In this document: in pieces, positions 52,833 to 59,726 of the stretch
Position numbering within the stretch: the first letter of the stretch is position 1
How the letters are laid out: the number at the start of each line of letters is the position of its first letter
From: a virus
IMG/VR virus record: IMGVR_UViG_3300023174_000053
Coordinates: 96,001-160,000 of that record
DNA: 64,000 bases
Strand: one strand, 5' to 3'
Position numbers and translations under genes: made by a program
The notes under the pieces: model-generated
Database searches by the model: none
The model's input: the letters and a program-made list of their open reading frames with translations, nothing else
What the model was told of the DNA's origin: nothing

Positions 52833-53471
52833 TTATTTATTTTGATTTAAATTTGTAATTTCGTACATGTAATGATCAGATGTTTCGATTTTTCTTTTAT
52901 TTTCAACCGAATACACTGTTAAATCAATTTCATATCCTGGATTTTTGTCGATTCTATTGAATGTCCAGGCATTATCGTACCAAATAATACGATTATTTGG
53001 ATATGCATAGTAATTTCCAGTTTCCACCTTGAATAAATGAGCACATTTATGTTCAGGAGTCTCTGAAAAATTAAGATCAGTGACTCCTTTATTTTCCCAT
53101 GACCAATCAAGAGTAAACATATAACTTCCAATCACCTTTCTTCCATCAGGACGAATTAATTCTGCTTGTAATCCAGCAAGACGAGCACGTTTTTGAACAT
53201 CAACATATGGTGAAAAGCAGTCCCAGTACATAATATCCTCTAGAGGTTCTATTTCTGCATCTGATTTCCAACAAAAGGCATGAAGAGGTCTACGAGTCCA
53301 ATTCACACCATTTTCAAGGAATGCCTCAAATAAAGGAACTCTTTTTTCAATACTGGCAACGCAATGTACATCACATTTAGTTACTTCACCGTGACCCTGC
53401 TTATGATTAAAAAGAAATTCATTACGAATATAACAAGACCAATCTGGAAGACTGTGATTTAGATAAGCCAT
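52833..53471 (-). CDS. Conserved phage hypothetical protein
   Basis: MAYLNH.LP...YIRNEFL; WDCFS; YMFTLDW; EHKCAH; AYPNNRI.W. Confidence 0.8.
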   Translation of the reverse strand: MAYLNHSLPDWSCYIRNEFLFNHKQGHGEVTKCDVHCVASIEKRVPLFEAFLENGVNWTRRPLHAFCWKSDAEIEPLEDIMYWDCFSPYVDVQKRARLAGLQAELIRPDGRKVIGSYMFTLDWSWENKGVTDLNFSETPEHKCAHLFKVETGNYYAYPNNRIIWYDNAWTFNRIDKNPGYEIDLTVYSVENKRKIETSDHYMYEITNLNQNK

Positions 53472-53474
53472 TAT

Positions 53475-53612
53475 TTACCGTCCTTGCCCTCTATATTTTT
53501 TACGTGACGAATTACGACTCGTAGCACTATATTTAGTGTTTCTTCCCTCACCTTGACGAGTATTTTTTGGAACACTTGCAATCTGCATATCCTTCCGACT
53601 CTTTTGTGCCAT
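53475..53612 (-). CDS. Small, very basic conserved protein (45 aa)
   Basis: Manual translation MAQKSRKDMQIASVPKNTRQGEGRNTKYSATSRNSSRKKYRGQGR; GGAG SD upstream. Confidence 0.8.
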   Translation of the reverse strand: MAQKSRKDMQIASVPKNTRQGEGRNTKYSATSRNSSRKKYRGQGR

Positions 53613-53672
53613 TTTTTAATTCTCCATCTAACGGTTTTTATAAGGGGTTTTTATAAGATCTCTCAGGCCATT

Positions 53673-53715
53673 AAAAATGCTCCTATAAGACTTATCAAAA
53701 CCTCATAGGAGCATT
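53673..53715 (-). terminator. 14-bp hairpin with short U-tract downstream of the glycosyltransferase-like gene
   Basis: Minus strand AATGCTCCTATGAG-12 nt-CTTATAGGAGCATT-TTT. Confidence 0.55.
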
Positions 53716-53763
53716 CTATCATAACGTCTTAAAGAAGGTCAAGAGAGACCCTCTAAACACTCA

Positions 53764-54516
53764 TCAGATGATTCGTGTCTTCTCGTGTCCAACACGAATC
53801 AAAGGATCACACCAAATCTCATATCCTTGCTCTTTAGCATCCAAACAGAATGAAACATCCTCTCCACACATATCTTGAACCTCTCCAGATTCAAAGACTT
53901 GCATCTTCGGTGCAAACCATGGATACTCAAGACTTTCAAATACTCCTTTCTTAATCAATACCCATCCAAATCCAGTATAGTCAACTGTAAATGGTTTGCG
54001 ACGCTTACTAATAGAGTCCAAAGTCTCATGATTCATTACACCACCAGACTTACGGAAATCATCTTCCTCTAACCAATGTGCAACAGATGTGGTGTGACCA
54101 TCCTCAGTGCAATACCATCCAGCAGCAATATCCTTATCCATTGCAACAAGACGATAGAACTTCTCAGTATCAAATACAATATCACTATCAATCCAGAGTT
54201 GATAATCATACTGTAACTTGCCATCCCAAGGAATCTGCTTGGGTCCTCTGAGTACATTTGCTCCAAGACATTTGCATCGAGCAAAGTTTACCATACTCGA
54301 ATAATCTTGTGAAATCTGAATACTCGCACCACTCTGTACTAAATCAAAACAAAGTTGTACAAAGTTCTTCAAATAAATGTAAGATACTCCTCGTCCTGGA
54401 AGACAAAATACAATTGACTTCCCTCGAATCATCTCCTTTGCTGCTTCCAAATTAAATTCACCACTACCTGACGAACTCTTCGGTGCTACTGTTTTTACCG
54501 TAAATCCTTTAGCCAT
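53764..54516 (-). CDS. GT-A fold glycosyltransferase-like protein
   Basis: LWIDSDI (DxD), G.GW.LIKKGVFE.L..PWF, GEDV.FC..A...G..IWCDP.IRVGH.K. Confidence 0.8.
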   Translation of the reverse strand: MAKGFTVKTVAPKSSSGSGEFNLEAAKEMIRGKSIVFCLPGRGVSYIYLKNFVQLCFDLVQSGASIQISQDYSSMVNFARCKCLGANVLRGPKQIPWDGKLQYDYQLWIDSDIVFDTEKFYRLVAMDKDIAAGWYCTEDGHTTSVAHWLEEDDFRKSGGVMNHETLDSISKRRKPFTVDYTGFGWVLIKKGVFESLEYPWFAPKMQVFESGEVQDMCGEDVSFCLDAKEQGYEIWCDPLIRVGHEKTRII

Positions 54517-54543
54517 AAAAAATAATTTTTTCGATACTACATT

Positions 54544-54572
54544 ATTTTACCACAGCAAATCATTTATTGCAA
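54544..54572 (-). promoter_or_regulatory. sigma70-type promoter TTGCAA-N17-TAAAAT (extended TG)
   Basis: Minus strand TTGCAAtaaatgatttgctgtggTAAAAT, 27 bp upstream of the glycosyltransferase ATG. Confidence 0.75.
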
Positions 54573-54730
54573 ATGGTTTCATCCTTATTTAGTTCTACCT
54601 GAATATCCTTATCATTTCCCCCAGATGTCCACACAAGTCCTCTGATTGTTCTCAGATTCTCCTGTAAATCACTCTGCGGCACTTGACTTAATATCTCATT
54701 TCCATTGACTGAAATATTATAAGTATTCAT
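54560..54730 (-). CDS. Hypothetical protein
   Basis: MNTYNISVNG...; GAGG SD upstream; start trimmed to ATG 54730. Confidence 0.65.
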   Translation of the reverse strand: MNTYNISVNGNEILSQVPQSDLQENLRTIRGLVWTSGGNDKDIQVELNKDETICNK

Positions 54731-54869
54731 CCTCTTCCACCTTTCGAAGCAAATCTTCAATCTCCTCTCTCAAACTATTATTGATAACTAAAATCTTATC
54801 AGTATCTAACCGATGTTGAATTGTATCAATCAATAAATCTCTCTCATAATCATCAAAATCTATTCTCAT
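54717..54869 (-). CDS. Small acidic hypothetical protein (50 aa)
   Basis: Manual translation MRIDFDDYERDLLIDTIQHRLDTDKILVINNSLREEIEDLLRKVEEDEYL. Confidence 0.65.
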   Translation of the reverse strand: MRIDFDDYERDLLIDTIQHRLDTDKILVINNSLREEIEDLLRKVEEDEYL

Positions 54870-55068
54870 TGTTCTCTCAGGGCATTTTTTATTATATATC
54901 CTTTTAAATCTTTATACAAAAAAATATTTGGGGCAGAATTTTTTTATTTGAAAGACAATTTCGAGCTCGTTTTCGGTCCGTTGTAGGTTAGGGTAGTGTT
55001 GCGTTTTTATATACGGGGGGCAACGGTTTATAATAAGAATACAACAACACAAAATATAACTGTCAAAC

Positions 55069-55585
55069 AGTGCTGTTGTATAAGAATAAACGAACAAGTA
55101 TAATAGTTTATAATCAGTACTGTTTGATTCTTAACTCATAATAATGGGGGGTGGGTATAAACAGCACTAAGTTAGATCGTGTATAAACGAAGGAAAACTG
55201 TATAAGAATAAAACAATACTGTGTGATTGTTATAACGAACTGTAGATCCTGGTTGGGTAAACGAAGATATTTGTAAAATATAAGATAGGGAGACTACAAG
55301 TTAGTACACAGAACTGTGTACAACGAATAGTATAGCACTGTTTGATTCTTATGTCAAATAAAGTGGGGGTGGGCACAAATCACAAAACTGTTATATTGTT
55401 GTGATATAACTGTTATATTGTTGTGCTATAAGACGAGCATATACTTATAGTGTGTGTATAACGAAGTGATATAACGAACTGTTATGTATAACGAACTGTT
55501 ATGTATAACGAAGTCTTATGACGAAGTGCTATGAATAACGAACAGTTTTCCACAAGTTATAACGAACCCTGTGGAGTATAACGAA
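55069..55585 (+). repeat. Co-oriented (TAT)AACGAA repeat array with 17-bp and 22-bp tandem units
   Basis: AACGAA at 55069, 55186, 55234, 55260, 55322, 55460, 55473, 55490, 55507, 55537, 55561 and 55580; ataacgaactgttatgt x2.5 (55471-55512); actgttatattgttgtg[a/c]tata x2 (55387-55430). Confidence 0.88.
55329..55357 (-). promoter_or_regulatory. Near-consensus sigma70 promoter TTGACA-N17-TATACT (extended TG) inside the non-coding locus
   Basis: Minus strand TTGACAtaagaatcaaacagtgcTATACT. Confidence 0.75.
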
Positions 55586-55756
55586 TAGTTTTCCACAAGT
55601 TTTCCACAGGTTTTGAATAGTTTTCCACAGGGCAAATCTTATAAACCCTTACAAACACTAAGAATACTCATAAACCTGTGGAAAACTATTATGTGGAAAA
55701 CTAACGACTTGCCCTATAGAAAACTGTTGCCTCCTGTGGAAAACTATTTTTCCACA
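55546..55756. promoter_or_regulatory. Cluster of eight perfect DnaA boxes of the cyanobacterial type (TTTTCCACA); oriC-like
   Basis: Forward at 55546, 55589, 55600, 55621, 55748; reverse (TGTGGAAAA) at 55677, 55692, 55735; degenerate copies near 55570 and 55715. Confidence 0.8.
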
Positions 55757-55815
55757 AGTATAATAACTATAAACATCAGCAGTTCTTATACTATTCCCTC
55801 CCCCCCTACCCTATA

Positions 55816-55873
55816 AGTCTACCGCGGAATCACTGAGTCTTACGAGACACTGTGCCAGTTCTCAAAGTGTCCT
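55816..55873 (-). promoter_or_regulatory. Box-type promoter firing leftward into the DnaA-box cluster
   Basis: GTGCCA-N10-TGTCCT (55852-55873) lies 30 bp from a minus-strand TAGACT (55816-55821), the same geometry as the other cassette promoters. Confidence 0.55.
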
Positions 55874-55963
55874 GCGTCTCATAAGTCTTACGAGTAACTA
55901 GCAAAAAACTCCCAAGACTCATAAGATGTATGAGTCTCATGGGTTTCATTGTCAATATGCCCT

Positions 55964-56022
55964 GTGCCAGTCCTATAAGTGTCTGTGAGGCACTTGACAT
56001 TTTTTTGTTCTTATGGTATAAT
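55964..56022 (+). promoter_or_regulatory. Perfect sigma70 promoter TTGACA-N17-TATAAT (extended TG) with upstream box; no downstream ORF
   Basis: TTGACA 55994-55999, TATAAT 56017-56022; GTGCCA-N10-TGTCTG at 55964-55985. Confidence 0.8.
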
Positions 56023-56236
56023 GCTCGCTTAGACAACAAGACCCAGAGGCATTTATAAGAGTATAAAGAGGGTATAAGCATCTTTATAATAACCTTTATA
56101 TAGCACAGTACAAAACACGTAACTATGTTTTTTAATACATTTAATTTAATTATGATATGTAACGTAATTGTGTTGTAATTGATAATCTATGCTTATGAGC
56201 ATGAGGAATAGTGTGTGAGAGAGTAGAGAGATAGAC

Positions 56237-56440
56237 TCAGTATCGCACATTAGATGAAGCAGCAATCAGTTCATTTTGAATATCTAGAACTTCGTATTCA
56301 TCATCACATGCATCTAAATCTACTGGTGCAAACTCATTCAGGTTGATTGTATTATCAGTATAGATGGGAGCATAGAATAGTTCATTCTCCTCACCTAACG
56401 TATAAACACAACCGTGATCTTCTTTGTGTAGGATAAGCAT
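56237..56440 (-). CDS. Small acidic hypothetical protein
   Basis: MLILHKEDHGCVYTL...; start trimmed to follow the stop of the upstream ORF. Confidence 0.65.
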   Translation of the reverse strand: MLILHKEDHGCVYTLGEENELFYAPIYTDNTINLNEFAPVDLDACDDEYEVLDIQNELIAASSNVRY

Positions 56441-56441
56441 G

Positions 56442-56540
56442 TTAGTTCTTTTGTGAAGTGATGATAGCATGAGCAATTAAAATCAACTCATTTCCATTTT
56501 GTGCTTTGGATAAGAGATTGAACTTTTCTTTCTTTTTCAT
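56442..56540 (-). CDS. 32-aa hypothetical protein
   Basis: Manual translation MKKKEKFNLLSKAQNGNELILIAHAIITSQKN; packed 1 bp from both neighbours. Confidence 0.55.
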   Translation of the reverse strand: MKKKEKFNLLSKAQNGNELILIAHAIITSQKN

Positions 56541-56541
56541 T

Positions 56542-56670
56542 TCAGTTTTTTTGAGTGAGTTTAATAGCATCAGTGATAGAAGTAGTCAGATACACACAAG
56601 TACCATCTTTATCAACAAGAGCATAAACAAGTTGTTGAGTTTTGATGTCGTAGGTGAAACGAGTTGTCAT
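56542..56670 (-). CDS. 42-aa hypothetical protein
   Basis: Manual translation MTTRFTYDIKTQQLVYALVDKDGTCVYLTTSITDAIKLTQKN; first gene after promoter 56701-56729. Confidence 0.6.
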   Translation of the reverse strand: MTTRFTYDIKTQQLVYALVDKDGTCVYLTTSITDAIKLTQKN

Positions 56671-56700
56671 TTGCTTTGTGTTTTGTTTGACTGTCCCCTT

Positions 56701-56770
56701 ATCATAGCACGTTTTGGGGTGGTTGTCAAGGGGTCTACGGTTCTTCTACCTATCAGCATCCCTGATGGGT
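56701..56770 (-). promoter_or_regulatory. sigma70 promoter TTGACA-N17-TATGAT with upstream ATCAG-N5-CTGAT palindrome
   Basis: -10 at 56701-56706, -35 at 56724-56729, palindrome ACCtATCAGcatccCTGATgGGT at 56748-56770. Confidence 0.75.
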
Positions 56771-56784
56771 ATGCTAACCGTTGG

Positions 56785-56994
56785 TTATGTAATGAATTGA
56801 TGAAAGTCAGGCACCCAGAGGATTTCTACTGGTTCTTCGTGATCTTCATGCGTAAAGATTTCTCCCCATTCATAAAAGATTGCTCGGGCATTGTTTCTAT
56901 GTTTCTTACCTTTCTTGTTAAGAAGTTTATGAAACCTTTGTTCAATGTGATCAAATGTAATATCCATCTGGTCGTTGAGTTGTTCGTCAGTCAT
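56785..56994 (-). CDS. Hypothetical protein
   Basis: 69-aa ORF; TAATG overlap with the upstream ORF. Confidence 0.65.
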   Translation of the reverse strand: MTDEQLNDQMDITFDHIEQRFHKLLNKKGKKHRNNARAIFYEWGEIFTHEDHEEPVEILWVPDFHQFIT

Positions 56995-57167
56995 TAGATA
57001 GAAGCAAATGCAGATTGATCTTGTTTTTGTGATTTGATCTGTTTATTATAAGCAGACTTGTTCTTTTGATTGAACTGTGAAGGCAATTTTGTTTTACCTT
57101 GAACCTCGTTGATAAGAGCAAAACATTTGATGAGAAATGCTTTTTCTAGTTTTTGTGAGGTTGTCAT
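56994..57167 (-). CDS. 57-aa basic protein, paralog of 59727-59900
   Basis: Manual translation MTTSQKLEKAFLIKCFALINEVQGKTKLPSQF... Confidence 0.75.
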   Translation of the reverse strand: MTTSQKLEKAFLIKCFALINEVQGKTKLPSQFNQKNKSAYNKQIKSQKQDQSAFASI

Positions 57168-57202
57168 CTGTTTTGTTGTTTGTTTGTTGGTTGTATGTAA
57201 GA

Positions 57203-57409
57203 CTAGGAAAGAATGATACGATAATCAATAGACTTAATGCACCAACCAGTGGCACAAGTAATTTCTTCTACTAAATCATCTTCATTATCAGCATCCCAGA
57301 TTTGACCGATTGTGTCATCAATGATTTGTTCTTGTTTGGAAGGTTGAAGTTCATACTCACCATCATCGGTGGTGAAATCAAACTCAATTTCAGTAACTTG
57401 AAACTTCAT
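57203..57409 (-). CDS. Conserved cyanophage early hypothetical protein
   Basis: FQVTEIEFDF...W.AD.EDDLVEEITCATGWCIKSIDY; first gene after a cassette promoter. Confidence 0.75.
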   Translation of the reverse strand: MKFQVTEIEFDFTTDDGEYELQPSKQEQIIDDTIGQIWDADNEDDLVEEITCATGWCIKSIDYRIILS

Positions 57410-57420
57410 CGTTTTGTCTT

Positions 57421-57492
57421 GATTACTCCGTAATCATAGCACGGATTGAGGGGGTTTGGGGATATAGTGTGCCACCCCTACAAGTGGCACAC
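57421..57492 (-). promoter_or_regulatory. Early cassette promoter: GTGCCA-N10-TGGCAC box, 30 bp, extended -10 TATGAT
   Basis: Box 57469-57490 (9-bp perfect IR GTGTGCCAC/GTGGCACAC); -10 at 57433-57438. Confidence 0.85.
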
Positions 57493-57524
57493 CGTATCAT
57501 TGGACTTATGTGAGACAGGTTATA

Positions 57525-58199
57525 CTATACACCACACAGAGCACGTTGAGTAGAACCTGATGCTTGACGATTCAAAGAAACACCAGCACCAACATTTGAC
57601 CCAATAGCAGCACCTTCTCCACTTCCACCATTCATTTTACGAGCACGTCCAAATCGCATCGTAGAAAGTTTATCACTCACTGCTTGCTTGTCTTCGTGAA
57701 CTCGGTTTTCTTCTTTCTTCATTTCAAACAAACGCAGTGCTACTTTATCAGCAAATGCTTTGCGGAAATTAAGTTTGAAACTACGAGAAACACTCTTACC
57801 AGTTAGGTTAGAAAGAATCTTCTCTGCTTGATGTGCAACTTCTGCTTCTTTCTCCATCACCTGAACCAGGTAATCATAATAGAGACGCACTTGAATTTGT
57901 TGTGCATCACTACCAATGATTTGAAGTGATTTTTCATCACCATTCTTCATATATGCTTTTGCATCATAAAATGTTGCAATCGCATTGAGAAGAGTGGTAA
58001 GTGCATAGTTCGCACGTTTGAAAGTAGCAAAAGATTCATCAAATACTTGAGTTTCAGTTGCTTCAGTAATCGTAACACCATACTGCTTGCAAAGTTTATC
58101 AATCATCTTTGCAGCAGCATCTGCTTCACCATCAAAAGAAGTTCCTTCCTGAAGTTTCAGGATAGACTGAATCTTGGAGATGACTTGTGAACGGTCCAT
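57525..58199 (-). CDS. DUF2786-like domain protein
   Basis: MDRSQVISKIQSILKL....F.GEA.AA.KMIDKL...YG N-terminus; SFK..F..AFA C-terminal motif; start trimmed to ATG 58199. Confidence 0.75.
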   Translation of the reverse strand: MDRSQVISKIQSILKLQEGTSFDGEADAAAKMIDKLCKQYGVTITEATETQVFDESFATFKRANYALTTLLNAIATFYDAKAYMKNGDEKSLQIIGSDAQQIQVRLYYDYLVQVMEKEAEVAHQAEKILSNLTGKSVSRSFKLNFRKAFADKVALRLFEMKKEENRVHEDKQAVSDKLSTMRFGRARKMNGGSGEGAAIGSNVGAGVSLNRQASGSTQRALCGV

Positions 58200-58252
58200 G
58201 TTAAAAGAATAAAGATTGAGACTCGGGTGGGACTTGCTCCCTCCACTCCTTA

Positions 58253-58371
58253 AGAATACCACATTTTCAGGTCTGTGCCGGTTTACTGTGCCAGAAGGAT
58301 TAGTGGCACAAAGGAACCTTTAATAAGGATTTGTCTTATTAAAGGATATGTTCCAGTGCTACAACTGGCAC
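58253..58371 (-). promoter_or_regulatory. Early cassette promoter with two boxes flanking an 11-bp inverted repeat
   Basis: -10 TATTCT 58253-58258; box 58288-58309; CCTTTAATAAG/CTTATTAAAGG 58317-58345; second box GTTCCA-N10-TGGCAC 58350-58371. Confidence 0.8.
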
Positions 58372-58376
58372 ACCGA

Positions 58377-58559
58377 CTATAATTTGATTGCCGATTCCAT
58401 ATTAACTTCACGGTCTTCCATTCTGGCATAATCAAAACCTTCATTTACAACCAAATTCTTACGGTAAGCATCAGCAGAAGATTTACAATCAAATAGTTGC
58501 AGAGTATCAAACTGTTCTCCTTCAAAATCAACACCACCAATCACAGCATAAACTTTCAT
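58377..58559 (-). CDS. Conserved cyanophage early hypothetical protein
   Basis: MKVYAVIGG.DFEGE.F..L.LFDCKS.A.AY. Confidence 0.7.
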   Translation of the reverse strand: MKVYAVIGGVDFEGEQFDTLQLFDCKSSADAYRKNLVVNEGFDYARMEDREVNMESAIKL

Positions 58560-58565
58560 AATAAT

Positions 58566-58829
58566 TCAGACAGAAAATGGTTGAACAAAATGGTCTTCCA
58601 CAAATTGAGGAAGTGTATTGAAATCTACAATCTCAAAGGGGATTGAATCATTATTCAAATAAGTTTGAACTTCAAGATTCATCTCAACCCGATTGAGCAT
58701 CATCTTGGATAATGTCTTTCCTTGAATTGTAATAGTTTTGAGAAACCACTCTTTGGATACATTACCAGTCAAGGTTTTGGTGGGATAAAAATCAACCACC
58801 GAAGTATTGTCTTGCGATTGGAGTTTCAT
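58566..58829 (-). CDS. Hypothetical protein
   Basis: 87-aa ORF tightly packed in the operon. Confidence 0.65.
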   Translation of the reverse strand: MKLQSQDNTSVVDFYPTKTLTGNVSKEWFLKTITIQGKTLSKMMLNRVEMNLEVQTYLNNDSIPFEIVDFNTLPQFVEDHFVQPFSV

Positions 58830-58835
58830 AATGAT

Positions 58836-59255
58836 TCAGAATTGAGTGTCAAACACATAACCATTGCTGTTGAAAACAACATCCAAATTATTGAATGATG
58901 CTTCCCAATCAATCTCCAGAAAACCAGGAAGATCAACAACATAGCAATCACTTACATAACTCTCCGCATAATCTGCTTTGGAATCATATTGACCCCGATA
59001 AGAGTCTTGAAAGTTATCACCAACCAAAGAATAAAGACCAAACTCTTCAATGAAAGCATCTACTGCACCGTAAGAATACTCTTCACCAATTTCAACATAG
59101 TTTTGATAATAACTGCGGAAAGATTCTTCCGAAGTTTCAGCAATGAACTCTACAATATCTTCTAGACAATAAGAATCAGCAATCAGTTCTTCAATTTTAT
59201 CCACAGTCTCCTGCGAATAAACTTCTTTGTAATTCATAGTGAAAGGAACAGACAT
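58836..59255 (-). CDS. ArdA-like acidic antirestriction (DNA-mimic) protein
   Basis: Highly acidic; YRGQYDS.ADYAE....D......IDWE........NGYVF resembles the ArdA C-terminal domains. Confidence 0.65.
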   Translation of the reverse strand: MSVPFTMNYKEVYSQETVDKIEELIADSYCLEDIVEFIAETSEESFRSYYQNYVEIGEEYSYGAVDAFIEEFGLYSLVGDNFQDSYRGQYDSKADYAESYVSDCYVVDLPGFLEIDWEASFNNLDVVFNSNGYVFDTQF

Positions 59256-59267
59256 CGGTTTTCTTTT

Positions 59268-59337
59268 GATTACTCCGTAATCATAGCACGGATTGAGGTG
59301 GTTTGGGAGTGTTATGTGCCAGTGCTACATCTGGCAC
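59268..59337 (-). promoter_or_regulatory. Early cassette promoter
   Basis: -10 TATGAT 59280-59285; box GTGCCA-N10-TGGCAC 59316-59337. Confidence 0.85.
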
Positions 59338-59501
59338 ATTGACCATGCGAGACACATAAGACTGGCACTAGATTCTACACCTTGCCAATCTTCTTCATTA
59401 GTTTCATAAATTGATTCCCAATGAATAGCACAATCCAAATCTTCCAAGAGTTGATTGATTGTGTTTTCTTCAATTTGAATTTCATCAAGAAAAGGATTCA
59501 T
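59325..59501 (-). CDS. Small acidic hypothetical protein
   Basis: Manual translation MNPFLDEIQIEENTINQLLEDLD... (58 aa); ATGA overlap with the upstream ORF; 3' end runs into the promoter box. Confidence 0.45.
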   Translation of the reverse strand: MNPFLDEIQIEENTINQLLEDLDCAIHWESIYETNEEDWQGVESSASLMCLAWSMCQM

Positions 59502-59698
59502 TTGAAAAGTCCAGCAACAATAGCAGCAATGAGAAGAACACCAATAACAGTCAAACCAATTAGCAAACTAATCCAAATGGGAGACAATACCCACAACCAA
59601 GGCCAAGAAATAACGTGAGTGAGTTTTAGACCAATAAACAATACAGTCAGAGCACCAGTGAAACTAATGCCGGAGGAAGAAGAGGAAGAAGAAGACAT
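59498..59698 (-). CDS. Small two-TM membrane protein
   Basis: SSSS.GI.F.G.LT..FI.LKL..VI.W.W.WVLSPIW, a widespread phage membrane-protein motif. Confidence 0.8.
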   Translation of the reverse strand: MSSSSSSSSGISFTGALTVLFIGLKLTHVISWPWLWVLSPIWISLLIGLTVIGVLLIAAIVAGLFK

Positions 59699-59726
59699 AA
59701 TAGAAGAAGAAATGAGTTAGTTGAGT

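Noticed and set aside
55069-55756. Possible CRISPR or mini-CRISPR array
   Set aside because: Repeat cores are only 6-10 bp, spacing is irregular, some copies are inverted, and no cas genes are present
55796-55810. Intramolecular G-quadruplex in GGGTAGGGGGGAGGG
   Set aside because: Four G3 runs would need a zero-length loop; kept only as a G-rich transcript start
54912-56081. ORF-track calls 54912-55097, 55613-55816 and 55830-56081
   Set aside because: They run through repeats, DnaA boxes and promoters, use TTG starts or lack an RBS, and have atypical composition; treated as non-coding
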